From Psilocybe cubensis (taxonomy: Eukaryota): DNA of 64,000 nt. The stretch is taken from assembly GCA_017499595.2 (NCBI GenBank), contig CM039000.1, positions 2,232,001 through 2,296,000 on the forward strand, read 5' to 3'. The notes under the pieces are model-generated. The model saw only the letters and a list, made by a program, of their open reading frames with translations. It was not told where the DNA came from and did not search any database. The position numbers and the translations under genes are program-made. Positions 26,742 through 41,269 of this stretch are shown here, one piece after another. Within the stretch, counting starts at the first letter, position 1; every line of letters starts with the position of its first letter.

Positions 26742-27704
26742 ATGGTCCAGCTCATCCTCTCCTCCGCCAAAGGTCCTTCGTTTTTCTCTTTGCTCGTTCT
26801 CTACTGATTCTGCTCCTACGACAGGCAACCAGGGCCTCAAATATTTCCCATATGTCGGCTATCTGGGTCTTACCCCAATACGCGTCGAAGGCAGTCAGTC
26901 CTCTTCTTTCTGCTCCTCTCAATCCCCCACATCGCTCACTCATTTTTCTAGTCGTCCGCACCCGTCTAGATGCAGATCTAAAGCCTCTTAGCGCAAGCTC
27001 TCTCACCGTCTCTGTTCGCTGCTACGAGTCTCGCGTAGGTCGTATCAACACACTGCAGTCCAATGTCCTCGTAGACTACACCCAGATTCTCTGGTCAAAA
27101 TCAGACGCTCTCGAGCATGAGCCCATCTCAAATCTCGAGTTTCCGTTTCGCATATCCATCCCCGCAAAGGTCGCCGGGTTCAGTACAGCTCAGTTTGTAG
27201 ATTACCGGTGTGTGTGGAGGGTCGAAGCTGGTATGTTTTGAGGTCCTTTTTCCTTCATTTCTCCTCATCTTTTTCCAATAGTCCTCAACCACGTCCCCAT
27301 AGCCGGAGTCGGGTCTCGTCAGATACGCCACTTTGATCTCCCTCTCATTCGCTATGACCTTCCCCCATTCTCGTCTATCACACCCTCGCCAGAACCCATG
27401 CTTGGCCAGGAAATTAACAAACCTCGCACTCCCCGTTTGCGCTATTCAATCCATCCTCCAAAATCACCTATCGGGCCCTTGGATCTCGTGTCCATCCCCA
27501 TTCATCTCCATCCACTTGATCACGCCGTTTCAATACGAAGCGCAAGTGTCATTGTCGAGCGCCGTATAACTTTGCTTGATGTACCCCAACAGTCTGCGTC
27601 CACCACTCCCATCGTCCCATCCTTGCAACAAAGTCATTCATCTTCGTCTCTCAGCAAAGCATTGTCTCCAAGTCCTCATTTGCCATCATCATCATTTCCA
27701 AGCG

Positions 27705-27740
<36 letters not shown>

Positions 27741-28987
27741 ATCCTGCATATTCCCATTCATATCAAGACTCTGAACCAGTGGCTTCTACTTCAAATCTTT
27801 CAATATCTTCTTCTAATCCTACTATTACACCCGGCACAGTTTATCCTTCATCTGCGTCAATAACATCAGAGACGCCTCTGTTTTATAACTCGATTAATCA
27901 ACATCCCTCACCTCTGACACAGGGTTCATCTTCCAAAGCCGTTGTCAACCCTATCGCTGGCGCAGAATCCTCCGGTCATTTTTCTCATGATGGTAGGGGA
28001 ACATGGACAAAAACACTAACCCTTCAGTGGCCGGCTGCAAAATCACATAGTCGGTGGGCTATCGGCGAAACCATTTCTTCTGAGATTGTATCAGTAAAGT
28101 ATTTCATCCGCACAAAGGTAGCTATTACATTTCTCACTTTCTGTCAAATTCCATTCTTACATTCTTCTTTCTCCAAGATAGTTGTCACTTCCCCTTCTGG
28201 CACAGAAACTATCGAGCTGGCGGACCAAGAACTTCTTGTAGTATCCACAAACGACGCTGAACGACAGCTTGCTCTCGCCAAATATAACGAACTCCAAGAT
28301 GCTATGGTCTCTGACGGTTACTCGAGATCGAAATCCAAGTCTCCCAGACGCTCACGGCCCGAGCGCGACGATTCTGCCATCCCCCCATCACCGGCTCCCA
28401 ACAGCAGCCTCACTACCACTGCAACACCTTATAATAATAGAACCAAGTCCAGCAACCGGCGACCTCACACCAGTGCGGGTCCGCGTGATAAACCCGTGAA
28501 TTTTGCCGGAGGCGCATATGGACGCCCACCACGCGGGCAAGAAGGCGAGGCGACGTTTGGTCAGGCGTCACTGGGAAATGGTGTAGGGACAGGTTCGGGA
28601 AGCGGCCTCGGGAGTACGTCCACAAAACGGCGTTCAGATGTGGTAGTGATGCGCACGACGCAGCGGCCGGACAGCAAGCGTGGGTTTTTGAGTGGGAACG
28701 GGAACGGCAAACTCAGCAGCACTAGTTTCTGGTCAACAGTGCATTCAAATGGTGTGGCACCCCGTGTAAAGGCTGCGCCGAGCGGGAGCAGCACAAGTAC
28801 GACGGCCAGCTCATCGAGTGTGTCGAGCAGCAGTCATGGCGGGGACTCTGAAACGTCGGAACACATGCGCGAATGGGAAGAGGAACTTGCAAAAATTGAA
28901 GTGAAGAGCCGTCGCTCAAGTGACTTGCTCGGTTTCTCCGGAAAGAGAAAACGACCTGGTGTCGCGAGGGTGATAGTCCCTAACTGA
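26742..28987 (+). CDS. Hypothetical protein with arrestin-like beta-sandwich N-terminus and Ser-rich disordered regions
   Basis: Spliced MVQLILSSAKG/NQGLKYFPYVGYLGLTPIRVEG/IVRTRL...VSVRCYESR...LEFPFRISIP...YRCVWRVEA, followed by the long ORF 27398-28987. The arrestin fold is an inference. Confidence 0.6.
27705..27737 (+). repeat. (CAT)11 microsatellite encoding poly-Ser
   Basis: 11 perfect CAT units, read as TCA (Ser) in the coding frame. Confidence 0.9.
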
Positions 28988-29416
28988 TTCCTTGCGGGTG
29001 TTTTTTTATTTTCTTCCTTGTTTTTCTCTTTTCTTTTTTCGTTCTGTAGTCTTACATTTTATGCATTATTCCTCTTGTTTTCTTCTTCTGCTCACCTGCA
29101 TTTGCTTACTAGTCGTCTTCATCGTCGCTGTCCATCATCTCATTATTTTGTTCATGCCTCTTGGATCTGTTCTGCATAGCTCTCTTGTACCATCTTTCGT
29201 CATGCATATCACGACTTGATACCACGCGCACATTCTGGCGTCTTAATAAATAATACCTATTCTGCACATCCAAAATCAATGCATTGTTGCCGGTGTGGGC
29301 TAGCTTCCTTGTCGCGTTCGCGTTCGTGACTGTGACCCGAGTTACAAGACGTGAAATCTCCGCATCGTCTCGGAATGTCTCAACCAAGGACTCTAACTCT
29401 TACAGTCACCACCATC

Positions 29417-31287
29417 ATGTCGGGCAGCTTTCCATGGGTCAGATTCACAGGTTTCTCGCTAGCTCGTGCGTCCTGATGCCTTCCATATTATCTCTGCTAA
29501 TATTGCCTCGTTCTTTTCTTGAATTCTCTTCCTGAACCCTGTCTTCCGAAATTCTGAACCACACAACCCATTCGCCTTCTTTCGACTCGTTGCTGATATA
29601 TATTGCGCATACATTTACCAATTGTCGCTTCCTTTCCTCTCTTGGCGTGTCGGCTTTTCGCTCGTTCGGCGTGGCGATGGCTTCGTGAATGCCTGACAAT
29701 ATGGCCCTTTCAACTCTTACCACCACTGGTGCGGCTTTTGGCTTTCCGTCAATTGCCTTCTTTTGCGCTTCGCCACGGCTTCCGGGCTGTGTATGTGCTT
29801 GGTTCACTGAAACGATAAATGACGATCTCGATATCGTTAACCCTCTACTGGTGGCTGAATGGGTGTGGTGTGATGTAATCTGTCCATGGGGTGCCGTGTT
29901 GCGGTCTCGTGGACACACGACGCGACCTCGGCGTATCCACTTCCAATGCTTGCTACCAATCCCGGGGGAAATACCGACGCTATTACGACGACTCTAATAT
30001 CTTTGTTCGTTCCATATCGACTTTTACTTCCTTCGGCATCGTATGTAGTGATGGGTGTAGGTTATGGACTTATGAAAGGTTCGTCATTCTCGGACTAGAT
30101 TCATATACACTATCGCTAGTTCGTCGAAGAACTTGGACTAGTAGAGCAACCATGAAGCCATTGGAACTGTTCTGATGACGCTTCATTTTCGCTTTATGCT
30201 CTATCTTGCACTCTTTGTCTCTTGCTTTGCTCAACACTTCTTTTTTAATCTCCTGCTAACTCGCTATGCCATTCAGCCACAGTCCCTACAGAAGAACAAC
30301 TCTATAACGTGAGTTTTACCAATTCATTCAATCTTCTCGTTCATTTCTCTGTGTCTTGCTTATTTATTCGAATATTGTACCTCAATTGGGTAGTTGGCGC
30401 ATGCCTTCTCTTATCTTGATCTCTGTATGGATTGTTGCTTTTTCAGTGCGCGGTGGGATCCTTCCGTATACGCATTCTTCGGTGTATGTGGCGTTGTACA
30501 CCGGAAAGAAAAAATGACGATCTCTCCACATGCCTAGCGCTGCGGATTCCCTGCCCTGCGTTCTTAGGGTTGCTCTGTAAGCCATAGGACGGTGGGCAGA
30601 GGGGTGTCTTCTTTTCTATTGGGGAGTCGTCATCATGCTTCTCCCGGATGCCGCGAACTGGCTATGCTTTCATCTTACACCCAATTCCGGACTTTCAAAG
30701 TTGGCTTCATGTCACGCTCTATTTGACTTCTTCATATGCGCCTCGCCTTGAAGAACAAGCTTCTGTTGTATTTTTATTCTGCTTTTTAAATAACTTGCTT
30801 ACATCCACTCCTTTGCATCATCGGACCTACATTGGACTCTTTTTTCTGACCTATCTTCTTTGACTTTTTTTTTCATCGCCTGATATTTTGGGCGTTTGTG
30901 GAAATATGCAGGAAATGGCCCCCGATCTGAGGCGTAAAGTAGACGCTAATCGTGCCGCCCGCCTTGCCCGAGAGGCCGAAATGAAGAGACAGGTGGATGC
31001 CCAAGTGAGTGTTGGTATCTCTTTTAAGGTTATCGCTCCGCCCAAGGAGATGCTATCGATAGCATTCAAAGTTTCCACGTTTTGTGTCTTTCTTCTTCTT
31101 TTGCAGTGTCAATCCTTTTTGAGGATGTTGGAATAAGAACGGAGATTTTTCGTTCCATTTATGTCTTTCTTAAAATATATCGCATTCTTCTACTAATCCC
31201 AAGCTCTGCAACTTGTAGGTTGCAGGTGTAAACAACCAAGAGGCGGCGAAACCTATATGGGCGGATCCTCCTTCTGTCAAAAAATAA
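29417..31287 (+). CDS. CBP4: Cytochrome b / complex III assembly factor Cbp4 (5 exons, 90 aa)
   Basis: Exons 29417-29465, 30049-30078, 30277-30308, 30912-31004 and 31219-31287 splice in frame with GT-AG ends to MSGSFPWVRFTGFSLALMGVGYGLMKATVPTEEQLYNEMAPDLRRKVDANRAARLAREAEMKRQVDAQVAGVNNQEAAKPIWADPPSVKK*. N-terminal TM, (T)PTEEQL...PDLR and PIW are Cbp4-family hallmarks. Confidence 0.85.
29555..30035 (+). ncRNA. Candidate structured intronic RNA in CBP4 intron 1 (class unknown)
   Basis: Long-range stem 29558-29576/29853-29869, hairpin 29893-29932, a motif shared with intron 3, and 18S-antisense segments. Boundaries are a guess. Confidence 0.4.
30384..30690 (+). ncRNA. Candidate structured intronic RNA in CBP4 intron 3 (class unknown)
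   Basis: Closing stem AATTGGGT 30384-30391 / ACCCAATT 30679-30686; hairpin CGGTGTA...TACACCG; helix ATGACGA(T)CTCTCCA from 30514 with TGGGGAGTCGTCAT 30620-30633; nested hairpin CTGCCC...GGGCAG. Confidence 0.45.
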
Positions 31288-33956
31288 CTGCATGCCTGCC
31301 GCACGCCACTGGTCTGCAGAGATCTTTGCGATTCTCTTTTGCGTAAAGCTACTCTTCTCGTTGTATGCCATTCGGGGACTGACCCAGAAAGACCATAGAT
31401 TGTCGCAAGTCCATTATCCCAAAAGTCTTTCTTATAGTTGTTCAACACCCCCCCTCATTTATGTACGAATATCAATTCTAATTTTTTTTATCTTGTTTTC
31501 CCATCATTCATTACTGTGACACTCGGGCCTAACTCTAGGCATGCTAAAATTACAGCAGGATATCAACCGTCGCTGTCGTCCATCGTACGAATGTTCCTAC
31601 TTTGCATCGTCAGTGGCCCGACGCGAGTGGATCATGAATGGGTCACGGAGAGATTGATACATATGGTTGCCACACACACGTAGATGCTAATGTCCGAAGT
31701 TGGATATAACAAGGCGCGCAGGCAAACAGACAGACAGGTTGAACGAATTTCCATCTACGATTCACGCGTGGTTTCCCAAGCGACTCTCGTTCGCGTTGTC
31801 GACTCCCATCTCACACGCACTTACGCGGCTCCGGAGTTGCCACTACAGCGTCCGCCCTGTTTGACAGTATCAGAACGCCGGTTGAAATTCTGCCGGCTTG
31901 CAGCCTGTGGGTGTTCGATGTGGAGTTGCTGCTTCGTCTAGCGCGTTGTTTGCCTCAAGGCCAACCTTAGTACAGGAGTCAATCTAAAGAGTCACACTAA
32001 GGGTTATAAAATTTGGCTGTGCGTTGGTTTATGGGGTTTTCTTGTGGGTTCTTAGTCTTGAGTCTATTTAAGACTCAATCAATGCATTCAGCATCACAGA
32101 ACCGTTGGAAATCGCGAGCGATGTCCATATCTCGTCAAGTTACATACTACTTTACCGGCCAACCATTGATCCTTGTTTCTCCGTTTGTTTTAGCGTACTT
32201 TGGTACTCTGTTGCTCAGGAGTCAGAAGGCAATGATGACTTGCAATGCTGAATCGCGCACCTACTATACTTACTTACGAATCGCAGCCCACTTGTTTGAC
32301 TTGCCTCCTTCTGTCGACTTGGGGCATTGCAGGGAGACTAATGTATTGAAAAGCAAAGTTAACAAGTACGCATTGTCAATAATAATTACCAAGTAGTCCC
32401 TCTGTCTGTATTGCACATAAATGGGGTATAAGAAGTACATGGCTCGGTGTCCGCTGCAAGGGTATCCTTGGATTCAATTGTTGCTGTTCTGCATCATTAT
32501 CTGGATTTCTGGAAATTTGGCGGCCGCTGTGTGTGGTAGTACCCGTAGCCTTCTCGACTTGTTACTTTTAGGGTTTTGTCCAGTGCCATAGCAGCACTGT
32601 AATCAGTAATTTGAGAAAACCTTTGTCACAGTATTTCCATTCAATGGTTATATATTTGATAAAAGGCATATATGTATAGAAGAATAATAACATTGGATGG
32701 TGCAACTTCAAGTTCCTGCTACCATGGGCATTCAAGCGTCCAAAGTCAAACGACTGCGCCATGGCATCTCTGAACCTCTGGTAAAGCGAATATAAGGCAT
32801 AGTCCGCTTTTTTGAAATTTGAGTTTAAGCATTATGTACGCCAGCCGTGGAAATGGTTCAAGGATGATCGAACTAGCAGCTTAGCCGCGCCGCGGAGTGA
32901 GGAATTGGGAGACGTCTCAGCTGTCAGTTCACACTGTCGCCTTGCTTTGTCGTCATATCGCCCAAATGCTAGTTCTTTTCCACGGCTAGTTTTATTCAGA
33001 AAGGTGCGCTGATAGCTGATTGACTTTGCCTCGGAAGTAGCGTTCCGTAAAGACGCTACAATGCGTGGACAGGTAAGCGCATGCACCCACGCGTACCGCT
33101 ATCTTAATGCTAACTTACCTACTCCGGCCAAACTTCAGCTACGACTATGAATGCAAATCAAAAGTTGTAGAGACATTGGCAGACGTTAATGCAAGAGTTG
33201 CACTAAGCTAATCCATAGCCACTATTCGCTAGCGGTGACATCAAAACTGCCACAGCGGCGTATGACAGCGTATGACTAAGATCATCGCCCGCGAGCGGTT
33301 GCTGGGAGCAGTTATATTTAGAACAATTGCCAAGTTGTTGCTATTCATGGCGTAATCCGGCGGCAAGTCGACTCTCAGGCTGGCGCCCGGTATATTGTTT
33401 TTGATTTACCCAAGTTCATATTCAACTTGGGAGATAAGTATTTATACTGTTTCTCTGGCCCAGGCAATATTAACCTGCTCATATGTCACTTATTGGAGTA
33501 CGACCATCGTAATTTAAGTTCAAGTGAGATAGTAGTCGTGGCTCATGAAGGTCGTCTAAGGTCGTAACGTTTTGCCAAAAACGTGCCTGCAAATGGTAGC
33601 AAAGGAGCGACATCATAAAATGCAGTGAACTGGGGTCGAACGATAGGAATGCTGAAAAGAATGATGCCAGGTCGATAATACAGTAGATGGAATAGAATGC
33701 AGCTCATTTCAAGCACATATGCACGCAATGATAGATGTGACTGCGTCCGACTTCATCTCGAGAGTAAAGTCACGCACACAACTCAATGGTAGTTAGTGAC
33801 ATATGAAGTGTGGGGACGCGCACTGTAGATAGTGCAGTGGAGCTTATTGGGTACAGTAATGCATAGAATAAGAGTGAAAGCTTCCACAGATAACAAAATT
33901 AAAATGAATAGAAGAAAATCCGCAACATCGTCTCACCTCACCAGGCTCACCTCGCC

Positions 33957-36130
33957 TCACCTCGATAGTTCTTCTACAACGGTAGATACAGCAGCCGTCT
34001 GTCCATTCTTCGACGGGTCTTCTATAGTGGTTGCCGAATGCGACAATTGTTCATGTGACATTTCTGATCCAGGCGAGGAGGGTAGAAAGCCATTAGAAGA
34101 GGAAACTCCAGTACCAGCACCCGTTTCACTCTCGACCGTTGTTATCGAGGAAATTGGGGATGATGACTGAGGTGCTTCCGCGTTAATAGCGGGTGCATGT
34201 GGCTCTGCAGGAGGAACAGAAGGGGTAGAGGAGTTAACCTCAATGGGGTCAGGAGAAGGATCAACTATAGCAACAGTCGGTGTAGCGTCCTCCACCGTGA
34301 TCGGCAGAGGTAAAGAGTGTATATCGTTTGTTGTAGTTGGTAAGGAGGCCTGAGCAGGTGTTGGGTGCGAAGGAATCGACGACGAAGGCGTAGGAGCATG
34401 GGTTGGTTCAGGGGTAATGGATCTCGACTTCCTCTGCTCGTCAGAGGGACCAAGGAAAGCAGCTGCAGTCGACGTTGAGGTCAGAGCAGCGTTCAAAGTA
34501 CTAAATGGAGGAGCGCCGCTAGACCTATCGCGCCAAGCAGCTTGGTTATCTTCGCTCAGTGGTAGGTTTGGCACAGGATTAGGTGGAGGAGTTCGGCTTC
34601 TCGAAATTGACCATGACCTTCGGCCTGGCTGTTGTGATTCCTGCGAACTCAACGTAGCTTGCTTAGGAGGAGACGGGCTTCCGGATCTGGATAATGAAGA
34701 AACGGGCGATGATACATTAGGCGAATTCGAGGGGCGAAGGGTAGACGTTGCTTCTAGTGTCGATGGTCCCGGACCAGAGGTTGCTTGTGAACCTGCCGCG
34801 TTTTCTAACTCGTTGGATGCGTTTCCTCCGCCATTATCTCCTGCTGCTTCCTCAGCTGCTTTCTTCTTCTTTTCTTCCGCCTCCTTTCGCTGATGCTCTT
34901 CATGATCCAACAGAGACAGTCGCATCGCTTCCATCAACATGAGCTATATTGCGTCTAGTCAATATCGATGATCGCCTTGTGTATATAATCACATACTTCT
35001 TCGAGATCCTGTCCAGCCATACCCATAAATTGTTCGAGTTGTCCATTTTGAGGGCCTTGTCTTCGGCGGGATCGTCGACTTCCGGCAGTTTCATTTCCTA
35101 AAGCAGCAGCTTCTTCGGGAGATAACGCATGAACTCGTCCACTGGTCACACCCACAGGGATGAGGCGGTCTCCAACTTGTCGCATTATGATTCTTCTATT
35201 CGCGCGACGCGCTACAGCAGCACGAACGGCCTCAAGTTTCGCTTCCCAATCTGGACGTATTTGATCTGAAATTTATCGTAAGGTGAACACCTCAAGATTA
35301 CGAACGATGAAGAAATACCTGTTGTTACAACTTCAGGACTATCAGCACTGAAACTCTTCTGGCGTCGTTTGTGAGTAGGAACGGTTGTGGGCTCCGAGGA
35401 GGCGCGTTGAGAGTCTGACCAAGGAGAACTCTGATTAAACCATGACGTCAGATTCATATGAAAGGCAGGGGTTGAAGGATAAATAAGACGCACAGAACCA
35501 TCACTCCCAAGACCAGTACGCCAGGGGGGAGGGGTGTACACAACTCCGAAGTTCTCTTGGACACAATACGGGCACGCTGCGGGTTCGGATACCAAGTGGG
35601 TTGTGGTCGGTTCAGCGCGTTTTATTTGAACGAAGCATTCAGTACATATGGCCTGATCACAGCATCTGGAGTGGTTGATGTTTGGAGGATAGTACTTGGT
35701 ACGAGGAGAGATGAAATCAGTCACACGGAAGGAGAGCACATGTGGCAGCACTGACGAGAAAGCAAATAGGACATTCTACTGCACCCCTGTAAATCTGAGC
35801 CTCTGGTTTTGCCGGCTCCTTTAAAGCACCTGGCCGCTTGGATTTGTGGGGATTTGAGGGAGCATTGGTGGCCTCTATTCGTGTGACGACATCAGCATTA
35901 TCGGGATCTGGGAGCTCCTTCCTGGCGGCCAGGATCTGGTCATCGTCCCAATCCTCTTCGTAGTCTTCCAAAGGGCGGTAGAAAGGGGCGAGTCTACGAG
36001 CGACAATGAGCTGGGAGACGATGGCTTGATTCCAGTCTCGTGGACCTGTATAGACACCCTGAGGCACCAAACAGCCGTAATCGACTGTTTCGTCGTGATG
36101 ACCTCGCCCCGACGAAGAAGAGTTGCCCAT
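33957..36130 (-). CDS. SIP5: Sip5-like protein (RING-like zinc finger; Snf1/Reg1-associated in yeast)
   Basis: MGNSSS myristoylation-like start, VDYGCLVPQGVY, RRLAPFY, ECPICFLYYP...SRCCDQAICTECFVQIKR...CPYC, UIM-like LMEAMRLSL. Confidence 0.88.
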
Positions 36131-37010
36131 GACGGCTGTATTCTAGTTACGCCAGGCTTTACGAGTATAAATGATAGCAAAGACAAGCAAGAAAGCGGAG
36201 AACCTTACGATAGGGTCCGAGTCAGTCTGCTAATTGCCAGGGCAGCCTCTAATCTTTGTTGGCCTTTGTTTATCTTGTGGCGTTTACTGGCGCTGCTTAC
36301 GATTAGCCTCCGCGACTTGGACTTGTGGCAGAATCATCAACAGGCGCCCATCGTTCAGTACATATCGACTTGCCTCTGCCACCCAGTTGACAATGGGTCT
36401 GCTCTGGCTGGGAAAGTTGGGAATACTCAGGAATCGGGAATAGTTCCGGGCATCACTGACGGATGAGACTGAGAATGGAGAGGGGCTGAGGGCGGCACGC
36501 CACTGACGCCAGGATAACCATCCCGCAACGTTGAATTACAGCACTGTTGTCATACATTTCCTGGGTAAAGCGACGTCTTGAAGCAGTCCACTTAATGGTC
36601 CAAGTTGCGCTTTCGAAGATCTTATCTTTGCGAGATAAGGCATATTTCTAAGACCGCCAGGAGCCCAATATGGTCAGGCATCGTGGAACCGGATAGCGTC
36701 ATTTGACAAGACGCAAAGCTCGGGTTCTCGAGGACATATGATATACCGAGGCCAAATCGTCCCAGACGCGTTGTTGGTACACACTGTGAGATAGGCGTTC
36801 CCCTGCAGAACATGATGGAAAACGGGTTAATCTTTTCACTTCGCCACGTCAGCTTTCGCACGTGGGCTCCTTATTTTTGCGGCGAACAGCCAGGACGTGT
36901 TTCCCCCGAGTCCCATATTCTTTCTCTATACCCCTTATCCATTAACCACGACGTATTCTCTACTTTTGTATATTTAATTGCTCTCCTTTCTGCCTCAGTC
37001 GCAGTACTTC

Positions 37011-40549
<3,539 letters not shown>

Positions 40550-40937
40550 TTGTTTTGTATGACTGTAGTAACAATCTTCTGTACTAGATATGCAGTGTTG
40601 TCAAGAAAAAGTATACAATCTACATCACAGTTTTTGTAAATTGTGCAAGGCTCAAATCAAGTATTTTCGTCGAACGGAAAGTTGTCTGGACATCAATCAG
40701 GCTGCCCATTCAAGTGTCAACAAGCCGGCAACCACAGAAACCTAGAGACACTTGTAAGTATTTCTTCCTAGTTGTTCTTTTAAGTATTTTTTGACGTTAA
40801 ATCTGTAGCATTGTGAGCAAGGTTTATATTGCAAATTAAAACCTAATGGAGCTCTGAAATTCAATGGGAAGTTGATCGTCTCACCAATTTGCGGCGATCA
40901 CTCTAGTCTTGAAACCTTAAAACTGGGCTCAGATATG

Positions 40938-41045
40938 TGCCCCGTGGCTTAGTTGGTTACGGCGTCCGACTGTTAGACCACGTGGTCGTGAATGTCACGT
41001 GATGTTGTAATCGGAAGATCGAGAGTTCGAGTCTCTCCGGGGCAG
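40938..41045 (+). tRNA. tRNA-Asn(GTT) with 34-nt intron (40976-41009)
   Basis: Acceptor TGCCCCG/CGGGGCA plus discriminator G; D arm GCTT-AGTTGGTTA-CGGC; anticodon arm TCCGA-CT-GTT-A[intron]A-TCGGA; T arm GAGAG-TTCGAGT-CTCTC; T-run terminator downstream. Confidence 0.93.
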
Positions 41046-41269
41046 TTTATTTTACTAAGTCCAAAATTCATCTTGAATTTATTTTCCTCCCCCGTAAACA
41101 TTACCAGCGAGGAAGATTTTTTTCAAACTCGAGCCATAGTGTTGGCAAAGTAAAGAAAGCATGACCACCAGCTTATGTAAGTTTGCTGGAGCACAGACCT
41201 TACATATAAACTCTTCAGAAATCAAATTGCACACATTTGATTATTACATTAGAGCCGTGTGCTTTTGTC

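Noticed and set aside
29805-29862. Hammerhead ribozyme-like GAAAC-stem-GTT in CBP4 intron 1
   Set aside because: No CTGANGA core in the right place (CTGAATG follows), and stems I and II cannot be formed convincingly.
29836-30572. Telomerase RNA template (TAACCCT at ~29838; TTAGGGTT at ~30564)
   Set aside because: The matches are short, on opposite strands, and not part of the motif shared by the two introns; the second is inside a hairpin.
30676-30695. RNase P CR-V-like ACCCAATTCCGGACT
   Set aside because: No matching CR-I (GGAARNUC-type) P4 partner upstream; the sequence is explained as the closing stem with 30384-30391.
2643-31287. MZM1 and CBP4 as a complex III assembly gene cluster
   Set aside because: They are ~26 kb apart with many unrelated genes between them; nothing beyond coincidence without synteny data.
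31300-33900. Short ORFs as pheromone or RiPP (MSDIN-type) precursors
   Set aside because: No convincing CAAX pheromone pattern, MSDIN leader or repeated core peptides.
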